Shown here: piece by piece, positions 48,690 to 60,493 of the stretch
How positions within the stretch are numbered: the stretch's first letter is position 1
Layout of the letters: every line of letters begins with the position of its first letter
Assembly (NCBI RefSeq): GCF_032444005.1
Contig: NC_091283.1
Span: 322,338,001-322,402,000 of the forward strand
Source of the DNA: Ranitomeya imitator
Taxonomy: Eukaryota
Direction: 5' to 3'
DNA: 64,000 bases
The notes under the pieces: generated by a model
The model's input: only the letters and a program-made list of their open reading frames with translations
What the model was told of the DNA's origin: nothing
Databases searched by the model: none
Made by a program: the position numbers and the translations under genes

Positions 48690-49860
48690 ACTGTTAGTCT
48701 CTCCAGACCTTGAGTTGAAAGTGGCCACCATCTACTTAGCATTTCCTGCAGCTATCTATTGATCTGTACCCTCTCAAGCATTAGCTGCTCTACCTCTCTT
48801 AGGTACGCCATGCAATATTCCAGGAGTAGTTGAATATTTTTAAGGCTCTCCCTTGCTCCGACCACAAAGAATGGAACCATCTCATCTTCACCAGCTACCG
48901 GGAACCTCACACTCACCACACCGGACTTATTCACAATTTCCTGCATCACTTTTCCAAGTCTCCCAAGATTTCTAGACACTTGAACGATGTCTTCCACAAA
49001 CTCCGTCCGACTTTGAGCTTTCCTTGCATGCTCCAGACATCAAGCAGCTTCCTTATTCCTCAACAGGATTATCTGTTTTGTGCGATGACAGTGTAGGTGC
49101 ATGTCACTCAGGTTAGCCACCCGATTCACTGTGACAGTATAACTAACTGGAGTCTGGCGCCCAGTTCGCACTACACGCTTCCAACGCCTTTCTAAATGCC
49201 TCATGCATAGCCTCACTGGCACAAGTTTCTCGCACGTCCTCGGGTACCTCTGCCACACACTGGGAAAGCAAAGTCTCATCTTCTTGGACAAAGTGTTTGA
49301 TCTTCTTGTCCTATGAGTCAGAGCTGTTTTTCAAGACGTTGACATCCCTTGTGAGGCCGTCTGCTTGGCACTTCCCCTGCTGGATTTCTTCCTCCCTGTA
49401 GACTACTTCTTTGGTCAGACTCTCCAGCTTACTCTCCTTCTTTGCCATTAGAACGAGAGAGCACGACAGTTTGTTCCGTAGAGCGAAGAGCTCGTTTTTT
49501 TGGTCATCCATGTGATTGTGGAGCTGGGCATTAGCCTCCTTCTCGATCTTGAGCTCTCGGAGAACTTTATCCCGCTCCCATGCCAGGCAGCGATTCTTGT
49601 CCTCTCTCCAGAGAAGCTCCTGCTGATGCTTCTCATGGGCCTCTCTGATGTATGCGTTCTTCTCCTCCAAGTCTGAGGACAGTTGGAACTGAGTTCCAGA
49701 TGGAACTTATTTTTGACTCCAATGCTGGGATTTTCTCAGATTTCTGTTCTTCCAGATGCTTTAGTTCAGCCTGTAAATCTGCCACTTTTTGCTTCCCATG
49801 AGAAAACTCTTTGGCCAGCTCCTGCACTTTGTTGCAGCAGGTCATTTCCAGCTGAGACAC
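48690..49860 (-). pseudogene. FXR1: Intronless coiled-coil / FXR1-like fusion pseudogene
   Basis: Minus strand: coiled coil, then in the same frame (through one stop) QCVAEVPEDVRETCASEAMHEAFRKALEAC; after a frameshift TVNRVANLSDMHL...LLRNKEAA*CLEH|[20 protein letters not shown]...[16 protein letters not shown]...[40 protein letters not shown]. Collinear with recalled FXR1 sequence. Confidence 0.85.
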
Positions 49861-51040
49861 GTGTTTGATACCGTGCCGCACAAGAGGTTGGTACACAAAA
49901 TGAGAATGCTTGGTCTGGGGGAAAATGTGTGTAAATGGGTTAGTAACTGGCTTAGTGATAGAAAGCAGAGGGTGGTTATAAATGGTATAGTCTCTAACTG
50001 GGTCGCTGTGACCAGTGGGGTACCGCAGGGGTCAGTATTGGGACCTGTTCTCTTCAACATATTCATTAATGATCTGGTAGAAGGTTTACACAGTAAAATA
50101 TCGATATTTGCAGATGATACAAAACTATGTAAAGCAGTTAATACAAGAGAAGATAGTATTCTGCTACAGATGGATCTGGATAAGTTGGAAACTTGGGCTG
50201 AAAGGTGGCAGATGAGGTTTAACAATGATAAATGTAAGGTTATACACATGGGAAGAAGGAATCAATATCACCATTACACACTGAACGGGAAACCACTGGG
50301 TAAATCTGACAGGGAGAAGGACTTGGGGATCCTAGTTAATGATAAACTTACCTGGAGCAGCCAGTGCCAGGCAGCAGCTGCCAAGGCAAACAGGATCATG
50401 GGGTGCATTAAAAGAGGTCTGGATACACATGATGAGAGCATTATACTGCCTCTGTACAAATCCCTAGTTAGACCGCACATGGAGTACTGTGTCCAGTTTT
50501 GGGCACCGGTGCTCAGGAAGGATATAATGGAACTAGAGAGAGTACAAAGGAGGGCAACAAAATTAATAAAGGGGATTGGAGAACTACAATACCCAGATAG
50601 ATTAGCGAAATTAGGATTATTTAGTCTAGAAAAAAGACGACTGAGGGGCGATCTAATAACCATGTATAAGTATATAAGGGGACAATACAAATATCTAGCT
50701 GAGGATCTGTTTATACCAAGGAAGGTGACGGGCACAAGGGGGCATTCTTTGCGCCTGGAGGAGAGAAGGTTTTTCCACCAACATAGAAGAGGATTCTTTA
50801 CTGTTAGGGCAGTGAGAATCTGGAATTGCTTGCCTGAGGAGGTGGTGATGGCGAACTCAGTCGAGGGGTTCAAGAGAGGCCTGGATGTCTTCCTGGAGCA
50901 GAACAATATTGTATCATACAATTATTAGGTTCTGTAGAAGGACGTAGATCTGGGGATTTATTATGATGGAATATAGGCTGAACTGGATGGACAAATGTCT
51001 TTTTTCGGCCTTACTAACTATGTTACTATGTTACTATGTT
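49861..51040 (+). mobile_element. 5'-truncated CR1, copy 3
   Basis: Nearly identical to copy 1 from FDTVPH onward; (CTATGTTA)n tail; no TSD found. Confidence 0.95.
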
Positions 51041-51504
51041 CTGCATCCTCCTGTCGAGCAGAGGGCAGCTTCTCCCTAGTGGAGCGGATAGTATGAAGCA
51101 GCTTTGCTCCTGAGCTTCCTTCTCTCCAAGCCAGGGCCGGACTGGCCATCGGGCAGTTCTGGCAAATGCCAGAAGGGCCAGTGGCAGTCGTGGGCCACTC
51201 GTCAGCGCAGACTCACCCCGCCAGCGGCGCCGCATTCAACTATACTGGCATCTATGACGCCGGTACAGTTGTATGCAATGATGGAGGAGAGAGTGTCTGC
51301 TGACGCTCCGTCTCCCATCATTCCCCGCTCTGCCTGGCGCTGATTCTGCGGGTGTGTGGTGACATCATATCATCGCGCACCTGCTGTATGTCAGGCAGGC
51401 AGACTGTAGCTGCTGAGACCGGAGCCAGGAGCAGCGCTGGGCAGGAGGAGAGGTGAGTGTTTTTTTTTTAAATATATCACTGAGTGATAACTGGATTGTG
51501 GGGC

Positions 51505-52200
51505 TATTGGGGGGCTGCATTACATTCTATGGGGGCTGTGCTGCATTACATTCTATGGGGGCTGTGCTGCATTACATTCTATGGGGGCTGGCTGCATTAC
51601 ATTCTATGGGGGCTGTGGTGCATTACATTCTATGGGGGGCTGCATTACATTCTATGGTGGGGTTGCATTACATTCTATGGGGGCTGTGCTGTATTACATT
51701 CTATGGGGGCTGTGCTGCATTACATTCTATGAGGGCTGTGCTGCATTACATTCTATGGGGGCTGTGCTGTATTACATTCTATGGGGGCTGTGCTGTATTA
51801 CATTCTATGGGGGGCTGTGCTGTATTACATTCTATGGGGGGCTGTGCTGTATTACATTCTATGGGGGCTGTGCTGCATTACATTCTATGGGTGGCTGGCT
51901 GCATTACATTCTATAGGGGCTGTGCTGTATTACATTCTATGGGGGCTGGCTGCATTACATTCTATGGGGGCTGGCTGCATTACATTCTATGGGGGCTGGC
52001 TGCATTACATTCTATGGGGGGCTGGCTGCATTGCATTTTATGGGGGAGGGCTGTATTACATTCTATGGGGTGCTGTATTATATTCTATGGAGGGGCTACA
52101 TTATATTCTATGGGGGGGCTGCATTATGCTCTATGAGGGGCCTACCATATACAGTATTATATATGCAGGGGCTGCATTATACTATATGAGGGAGCTACAT
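51505..52200. repeat. 24-27 bp minisatellite within a non-autonomous repeat
   Basis: Repeats of GGGGGCTGTGCTGCATTACATTCTAT. Confidence 0.9.
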
Positions 52201-52399
52201 TATATTCTCTGCCGGGTTACATGATACTCGAGGCTACAATATATTCTGTGGGGTGGCTGCATTATACGCTGGAGTGGCATCACTATACTATATGTTGGCT
52301 GCATTATACTGTATCGAGGACCATGGGGAATACATTATACTATATGAAGAACTGTGGGGTGCATTATACTATGGGAAGTGAATTGTACTACATGGATGA

Positions 52400-52800
52400 C
52401 AATGGTGGGGCATTATACTATATGGAGCACTATGAGGAATGTATTATGCTATTTGGAGGACTGAGGATTGTATTATACTATTTGGAGGACTGAGGAATGT
52501 ATTATACTATATGGAGGAATTGCAGTGTATTTTAATATAAAGGTCTATGAGGAGTGTATTATACTATATGGAGGACTATGTGGAGTATGTAATACTATAT
52601 TGAGGACTGAGGAGTGTATTTTAATATATTGAGGACTATGAGGAGTGTATAATACTATATGGAGGACTGAGGAGTGTATTATAATATATGGAGGACTGAG
52701 GAGTGTATTATACTATATGGAGGACTGAGGAGTGTATTATACTATATGGAGGACTGAGGTTCACATTATAAGGAGGACTATGGGGTGTATTATACTATAC
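52400..52800. repeat. About 29-bp degenerate minisatellite
   Basis: Repeats of GGAGGACTGAGGAGTGTATTATACTATAT. Confidence 0.85.
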
Positions 52801-53229
52801 AAGCAAAATGCTGCCTATTCATCGAGTGATTGGATTGTTTATGTGGGAACAGAAATCCTTGTTCTCAGCAGCACATCGCCAGTGTAAACTGTAGTTGTGC
52901 TGCTGATAACATGATACTGTATGGGGACAGATTGATCTAATAGTGATTGTTCTGATTCCTTCATTCTTTCTCAGTTGGTGTAAAGAGGCAGGGAAAGAAG
53001 CGAACGACTTCACTATTGTCGATCACACTCGTTTAGTGGCCTGAGATCAGCGCATGTAAATACAGCAGAAATGCTGTCGGCTCGCACATTTTCTTTGTCA
53101 TTTTGTTGATTTGATCCTCTCATTGTTGGGTGGCAGCAGTCGATTCGGACAGCTTCTCCTGCAGGCTCTCTGTTTTTTTCTCAGAGTTCTTCTCCAACTT
53201 CAATTTTAGCTGTTGGATCCCTACCACCA

Positions 53230-55080
53230 CCCTGGGTCAGTTTTCTTTTCTCCACGTCATCGACTACCTCTGTGTTGGGGGTTGTCAGTGGTAAAGTGAC
53301 CTCCTTATAAAATACATTAACCTGGTTTGCCGCTGACCCTGTCTCTTCTCCATCCCTCTTCTCCCAGGGTGTAGCCTTTCCTGCCTTTCAGCGACCGCCA
53401 TGTCCCCAGCGACAAAAAGACCTGCCATTTGTACACCTTACCGCATTCTTTTTCTCTTGTGTCATAGTCTGAATGGGAGTCACCACTACTCACCCTGTAA
53501 CCCTGGAACAACAAGTACCCACTTAAACGTGTGTCGGACCCCTTTCCTAGAGCTATCCTGTTTTTAACGGTCACACTCTTGGTCTCCTCTGCTAAGTCCC
53601 CAAAATGGTCAAACCCACACTTTTCCCCGGTCACCCCTAACTCTGGGACATAGACCTTAGGGGGTTCTACCTCCTCCTCATTATGCATCACATTAACAGG
53701 AACCCCTTTAGCCGCCTGCTGTGGTGGGGCTCCTTTAAAGTCATTCCGGCTTCCCTCTAAGCAATCAGACGCTCCCCTTTCCTCCCAAAAACAATTCAAA
53801 GTCCTGACCAATTACAATAGGGTATGGCAAGCCCAGGACTACAGGGACGTCATGGCTGTTAAGAATCGTGAGTGTCTCAATGATTACCCTGGACACCGAA
53901 TAATCCATAGGGACCCCGTGGATGCAGTAGACATCCATCTTCCTTCCGGGGACCAGATAAATAGGGAGTGTGGTGCTCACCATGGTCAGCGGGCTCCCTG
54001 GGTCCAGAATTCCAGTCACGCACTCTACATTCACTTCCCCAGTACAGCTCTGCGACATCTTGTCAGATGGAAAGTCAGTACATAATCCATGTTCGAACAC
54101 TGATCCCACCAACAGTGCCTCGGTGCATACACCGCTGCCCTTTTTGGACCACCACCCCCTTTTGGTACTCCACCACCCCCTTTTGTCACCACCCCCTTTT
54201 GGGACTCCACCCCCTTTGGGGTTCCACCCTTTTTGGGTTACCACCCCTTTTGGGACTCCACCACCATGGGGGCAACCACCATTCTTTGGGGTGTACGCCG
54301 CGGAATCTCCATGGCCCTCTCAGGCCTCCCACACCTATGCACGGCAGTCTACCTGCCCCAAGAGTTCCACACAGTGCGGCTCCGCTCTTCTCTGCAAGGC
54401 TTTGCACCGCTCCACAAGGCTCTGCATGGCTCCGCAAAGCGAGGCTCTGCACTGCTCTGTAAAGCTCTGCACCTCTCTGCACTGCTCTGCAAGGCTCTGC
54501 ATGGTTCCACAAGGCTCCGCACCTCTCTGCACAGCTCTGCCCGGTTCTGTTTTGCAAATTTCATGGACCCCCCAATCCACAGCAAGCCGCCCGAGGTTCA
54601 TGGACCCACCGATCCACAACAAGCAGCCTCGAGTTCGTGGACCCACCGATCCACAGCAAGCACCTGCTGAAATCCTCCCAGGTACCTCCTGGACCGATGT
54701 CCGCAGTTTAGCAGCAATTGTAGGGATCGTAGCTACTCAGATGTAGCAGGATGAAGACAGGAGATACGTTTCTTTAAAAGAAAATCCGTGCGGGATCATT
54801 CGCTCCATGAACCCCTAAGCACAACAAAAGGTAAACGGCCTTCAGAGCATGCAAAACAACACAAAATGTCCTTAGCCGGGCTCTCTGATCCCTCAGGCCT
54901 GTGGTCACACAGGCTGGTGTAATGTCCAGCAGGCAGGCTCGGTCTGGAGCCACACACACAGGAGGCCTTCCATCTCCCAAGACACAGACCATGTGCAAAC
55001 AACAGCCTTCATTATGTAAGCTGTAACCATACCCATAGGTGAGATATGTGGGTAGCTAGACCCGCCTATCTCTCACAGCT
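53230..55080 (-). mobile_element. Decayed Gypsy (Gmr1-like) remnant: LTR-like segment, gag relic, protease
   Basis: VTGILDPGSPLTMV...VYCIHG...LPYPIVIGQDF protease-like peptide; LTR-like end TGCTACA near 54742; internal short tandem repeats at 54170-54550. Confidence 0.6.
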
Positions 55081-55087
55081 ACCCGAG

Positions 55088-56402
55088 CGGAGATTTTCAG
55101 CCCAAATTTTTGGGCTGAAAGTGCCCCTCTCGGCTTATACTCGAGTCATGGTTGGTGGCAGGGTCGGCGGGTGAGGGGGAGAGAGGACTGTCGCATACTC
55201 ACCTGCTCCTGGCGCAGTCCCTGCCTGTCCCATGGTCTTTGGGTGCCGCAGATCTTCCTCTGTTCAGCAGTCATGTGGTACCGCTCATTAAAGTAATGAA
55301 TATGGACTCCACTCCCATAGGGGTGGAGCAGCATATTCATTCCTGTAATGAGCGGTACCAGTGACCGCTGACAGAGGAAGAAGATGCAGTGCCCGGAGAC
55401 CATCTGTCCAGGAGAAGGAGCCAGGGACCGCGCCGGAGCAGGTGAGTATTTCATATTTACTTGTCCGCGTTCCACCCGCCGGGTGCCGCTCCGTCTTCCC
55501 GTCCTCTTGCTGTGACTGTTCAGGTCAGAGGGCACGATGACATATTAGTGTGCGCGCCGCCCTCTGCCTGAACAGTCAGTGCGGAGAGACGGGACGCTGA
55601 GGAGCAGCGATGAGAGGGGATTTTTTTTTATTGCAGCAGCATTATATGTGGCACAGCTTTATATGGAGCATCTATGGGGCAATAATGAACGGTATGGAGC
55701 ATTATATGTGGCACAGCTTTATATGGAGCATCTATGGGGCAATAATGAACGGTATGGAGCATTATATGTGGCACAGCTTTATATGGAGCATCTATGGGGC
55801 AATAATGAACGGTATGGAGCATTATATGTGGCACAGTTTTATATGGTGCATCTATGGGGCATGTATGGGGCCATAAAGAACTGTATGGAGCATTATATGG
55901 GGCATCTATGGGGCCATAATGAACTGTATGGGGCATTATATGGGGCATCTATGGGGCCATAAAGAACTGCACGGAGCATTATATGGGGCATCTATGGGGC
56001 CATAAAGAACTGCATGGAGCATTATATGGGGCATCTATGGGGCCATAAAGAAGTGCATGGGGCATTATATGGGGCATATTTGTATATGGAGCATCTTATG
56101 GGGCCATAAAGAACTGAATGGAGCATTATATGGGGCATATTTTAATATGGAGCCATAATGAACTGTATGGAGCATTATATGGGGCTCCTGATTCAATATG
56201 GATATTCAAAAACACTTAACCTACTGATGTCTCACTTAATTTTACTCTTATTGTTATGTATTTCTATTTTTGGCATTTACCGGTAGCTGCTGCATTTTTG
56301 CACCCTAAGCTTATACTCGAGTTAATAAGTTTTCCCAGTTTTTTGTTGCAAAATTAAGGGGTCGGCTTATACTCGGGTCGGCTTATACTCGAGTATATAC
56401 GG
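55088..56402. mobile_element. Second pogo/Tigger-like MITE, left TIR lost, with about 60-bp and 40-bp minisatellites
   Basis: Shares GAGATTTTCAGCCCAAA...GGCTTATACTCGAGTC and the right TIR with 30501-32029. Confidence 0.85.
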
Positions 56403-56699
56403 TATCTGAACCACTAATAACAATTATATTCAATGCATACCTATTTAAAAAAAAAATTTATAAAAGGTTTCTCCAGAATTGTTGGTCCGACCCCCCCAGT
56501 TTTTGGTGAACCTAGAGGGCAACCGAGTTTTTGAGCCAGGGATCAAGGCGCTAGCACTGGGAGAAATGGGTATCTTGCCGCCATCCCATTTCAGATTCTT
56601 AATAATCTCCATCCGCCTTTCCTAAAAGTATTAACATGGGGAGGTATCAAATCAGAACATGAATCCCACCCCTTCACTATACACTGCTGGCTAATATAT

Positions 56700-57300
56700 T
56701 CAGGGGAGGTAAAACATCTTTTAGTTAACCAGTTTATTAACATTTCAACAAGTCGATGTATGAATAAACCACCCGGTGTGTCCTCTCCACCCCATATGCA
56801 GCTGAGAAGGTGGCTCCCAGAAATAGATCACGTATCCATTTTTCCACAAAGTCATAATTTTGTTGTAAGCACATTTCCATTTTATGTTCTGTCACTCGGA
56901 TACGTTCTGGCCAGAGCACCATTTGGTCCTCCAGACTCGAGATTCTGTACTCCACCTATCTTTCCCAGATTTGACATGTCATTGCGGAGGAGTCCCAAAT
57001 CAGTTTTAACCTCTTAAACCTCTTCAATTTTCCCAGTCAGGGAAGCTGTGCTGCTTTGAATGTCAGTTAGCAGTTGTGTGGATACCTGTTTCAGAGTGGG
57101 TTCTGAATCCATATCCTTTGGTTCTTGTGACATTGATGTCTCTCCTTGAGACAATTTGTTTAAGGGTTTCTGAATTGTCATCAAATTCTTTCCCCTGGCG
57201 TAGCTCCTCAGCTTGTCAGCTGCAGATTGTGATTTATTAGGACTCAATGCTTTCCCCAAATTAAGTATGCAATATGAGAGTAAGTCTTATGACTGGTTAT
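56700..57300 (-). mobile_element. L1-type LINE ORF1 relic
   Basis: MGK...LTGKIEEV, RISSLED, FVEKWIRDL...VERTHR; frameshifted. Confidence 0.7.
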
Positions 57301-57525
57301 TCAGTATGAATTGATAGGATAGCGTTAGAGGTTCGGATATTAATAGTAAGAGGGTTACAAAGTCATGTCCCTACTCAATTTTGCTGCATAATTATGTGCA
57401 ACGGGCACAATTCTCAAAAAGAGCACTAGATGGCATCAGCGCCCTGGAGCCTGCAAGTGCATAGAGTTTAATCACTCCAAACAATGAGGGGAGGGGGGAA
57501 GAGGGGAAGTTGTTTCCCTTCCTTA

Positions 57526-58189
57526 AGGTACCTTCACACTGAGCAACTTTAGAACGATAATGATAGCGATCCGTGACGTTGCAGCGTCCTGGATAGCGAT
57601 ATCGTTGTGTTTGACACGCAGCAGCGAACAGGATCCTGCTGTGACATCGCTGGTCGGAGCTAGAAGGCCAGAACTTTATTTCGTCGCTGGATCACCCGCT
57701 GACATCGCTGAATCAGCATGTGTGACACCGATCCAGCGATGTGTTCACTTGTAACCAGGGTAAACATCGGGTTACTAAGCGCAGGTCCGCGCTTAGTAAC
57801 CTGATATTTACCCTGGTTACCATTGTAAATGTAAAAAAAAAAAAAAACACTACATACTTACATTCCAGTGTCTATCGCGTCCCCCGGCGTCAGCTTCCCT
57901 GCACTGTGTCAGCGCCGGCCGTTAAACAGGCTGTGCTCTGCTTTACGGCCGGCCGGCGCTGACACAGTGCAGGGAAGCTGATGCCGGGGGATGCGACAGA
58001 CACCGGCGCGGCCCTGTGCTTAGTAACCCGATGTTTACCCTGGTTACCCGGGGACTTCAGCATCGTTGGTCGCTGGAGAGCTGTCTGTGTGACAGCTCTC
58101 CAGCGACCACACAACGACTAAACAGTGACGCTGCAGCGATCGGCATCGTTGTCTATATCGCTGCAGTGTCACTTAATGTGACAGTACCT
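57526..58189. mobile_element. Second palindromic AGGTACC MITE, inverted relative to 21376-22098
   Basis: TTA|AGGTACCTTCACAC...GTGACAGTACCT|TAA; shares the GGTAACCAGGGTAAACATCGGG hairpins. Confidence 0.8.
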
Positions 58190-58774
58190 TAAGTCTGTAA
58201 ACCCCCATACCTCTGCTGCAGCTAGCCAGCTATCTTCTCCAGCTGTTTCAGGATCTCCTGCCTGCCTCATGGTGTCTCTCCCCCATCTCCAATGTCTTCT
58301 CCACGTACCAGGGAAATCCCAAGATGGCCGCTGCACCTCAGGTCTGTTCCCGCCATCAGCGGTCCCGTGTCTCCAGGGGACTCAGGCCTCAGCACCCAGC
58401 CCACAGGCGCTCTCCTCAGCCCTCTCGATGTCTGCATAGCAGATGCCTGTCGACTCCAAGTGCATTCAGCGCGCCGCTGCCTCAGCTCTGCACGTGTGCA
58501 GATTTCCGTGACAAGTGCTGACTCAAATCCTTCCTTTCAGCTCCCTGGTGTCTCCTCCAGCCGGACTGAGACAACAACCTGCCGTTTACTAGGCAGGAAC
58601 TCGACGTTTGTGAAAATGATGGGGAGAGCTCAGTGCTGGACGTCTGCTCTCTTCAGTGTCTTAGCCACGCCCCATCTGAGTTATTTTTGATGGTCAACAA
58701 AATATGATTTTCTAGTAATTTATTTTTCATACTCTACTGTAGGTTTCTCTCTGTGTGAGATTTTTGATGTTTAA

Positions 58775-60375
58775 AGGGGATATCCACTTCTTGGGCAACC
58801 CCTTCTAACTGGAAATGGAAAAGATTTATCCAGCTTCTACTCTACAATTCCAAGACATGTTTAAAGTTATGAATTCTTTATTTTTTCAAAGTTAAAATAT
58901 ATATTCTTTTTTTTCTTCTTGAATTGAAATATGCAGGGAAAATGTATTTAAAGATCATAGAAATCAGGGAAAAGACTAGTAGAATTCCAAATGCTTTTTG
59001 AAAGCAAGTGCGTTCTTAAACTTGGTTCACTGTCTTCACTTTTTGGACACATCAAACATGACTTTTGGATATGGGATGGACCCCACTCCTTCTTAAAACT
59101 ACCATAACTAATGTAAACCTAGGTACTAAAATAAATACACAAAACACATTATTTTGGTTGTCAAAATGGCCACAGCTTTTATTCAAATCACAGGAATAAA
59201 TAATCACAGTAGGAGTCAGGTGGAGTGCTAGTACATTGGGATTCACAAGTACTGCGATATCCCCAGCTGTCTGACATACAGCACCAGGACAGACAGCCAA
59301 AAAGGGGCGGCACGCACTGGCTTGCCATTCAAGCAGAGCCAGTAAACTTTCAGGGCACCAATGACCCTATTATCGTCACTCCTGTGCTTAACCACTGTGC
59401 CCGCCCCTGATTGATGTTACCATTACAACGTCCTTGAGGCTGGCCACCAAAGCCGAGCCTGCTCACCACCATGAGGTTTAACATTCTCTATTAGTTAAAA
59501 TGAGTCCACCTTAACTTGTCTGCAACTCCCACCAGACTCCTAAACCGCAAAGCCGTGACGGGTTATAAATTCCAAGTCTCATTTGACACTTTTTTTTTTT
59601 AATAATTAAATCATTTTTGTAAACTTAAAAACTGGAAGTCCCTGCAAAAGCATTAATGGGACTAAACTTGGCAAACCCCCGACTCACAAAGAGTCATCCT
59701 ACAGCGCTCAGGAGAGGATAAACCCCCTGTGGAGGAAACCTCCTCACAGTAATACACCAGGCACAAACATCTAAACTTCCTCTTAAAGCAACATCTCTCG
59801 TTTAAAATCTACACCGCAATACAAACAAAAGCTGCAGGAGTTCTCGGTCCACCCATCCCCAAGTCATGTCCACCTCCGCCTAGTCTCCGGTGGTTCCTAT
59901 GAGAGTAAGCCAGAGAGCAGCTGCAGCCTTGGATTCCTGTTGATGTTCAATATATCCGAAGTCAGGAACAGTGAATCAATCAGCATGGGAAAATGGGAAA
60001 AAGTATTTTCACAGTGCTCACGAGAGTATCACAGGACCACGGGTGCCAGGTTCAATGTCGCTGAAGTCCACTTGTAAATGCAGGCAAAATAGAAAAGAAG
60101 AGCACCAGGTGATTTCCATAAAAATTCTAATTTTGTCTGATTTAATCCATTGTTTGTAAAAAGTTAAAAACATACATGTTGCCTGCAGGAACAGTGAAGC
60201 CAGTGCTGATTCCGCGCTGGGCTTGTGTTATGTAACAACCTCACATGAGCCCCGGGAACGTGACTGCTAAGACCCTTGAACAGCGCAGGCATGCAAAATG
60301 AGTATTAGCGTTTTTATTTGAAAGAGGACAAACATCAGGAATGACAAGGTGTTGTCCTAGTAATGGACAACCCCT
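58775..60375. mobile_element. TTAA-flanked (T2/Kolobok-like) non-autonomous element inserted in a relic zinc finger
   Basis: TTAA|AGGGGATATCCA...TGGACAACCCCT|TTAA; the flanks rejoin as finger sequence NRKLYF..KHQKSHTE. Confidence 0.8.
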
Positions 60376-60493
60376 TTAAGAAATACAATTTTCGGTTAAA
60401 ACATTTCCAACATTCTTAACATGAAAAACGTTTCTCCCCTTTGCGACTTCTCTGATGTTAAAGAGATGATTTTAGTGTAAAACATTTCACACA

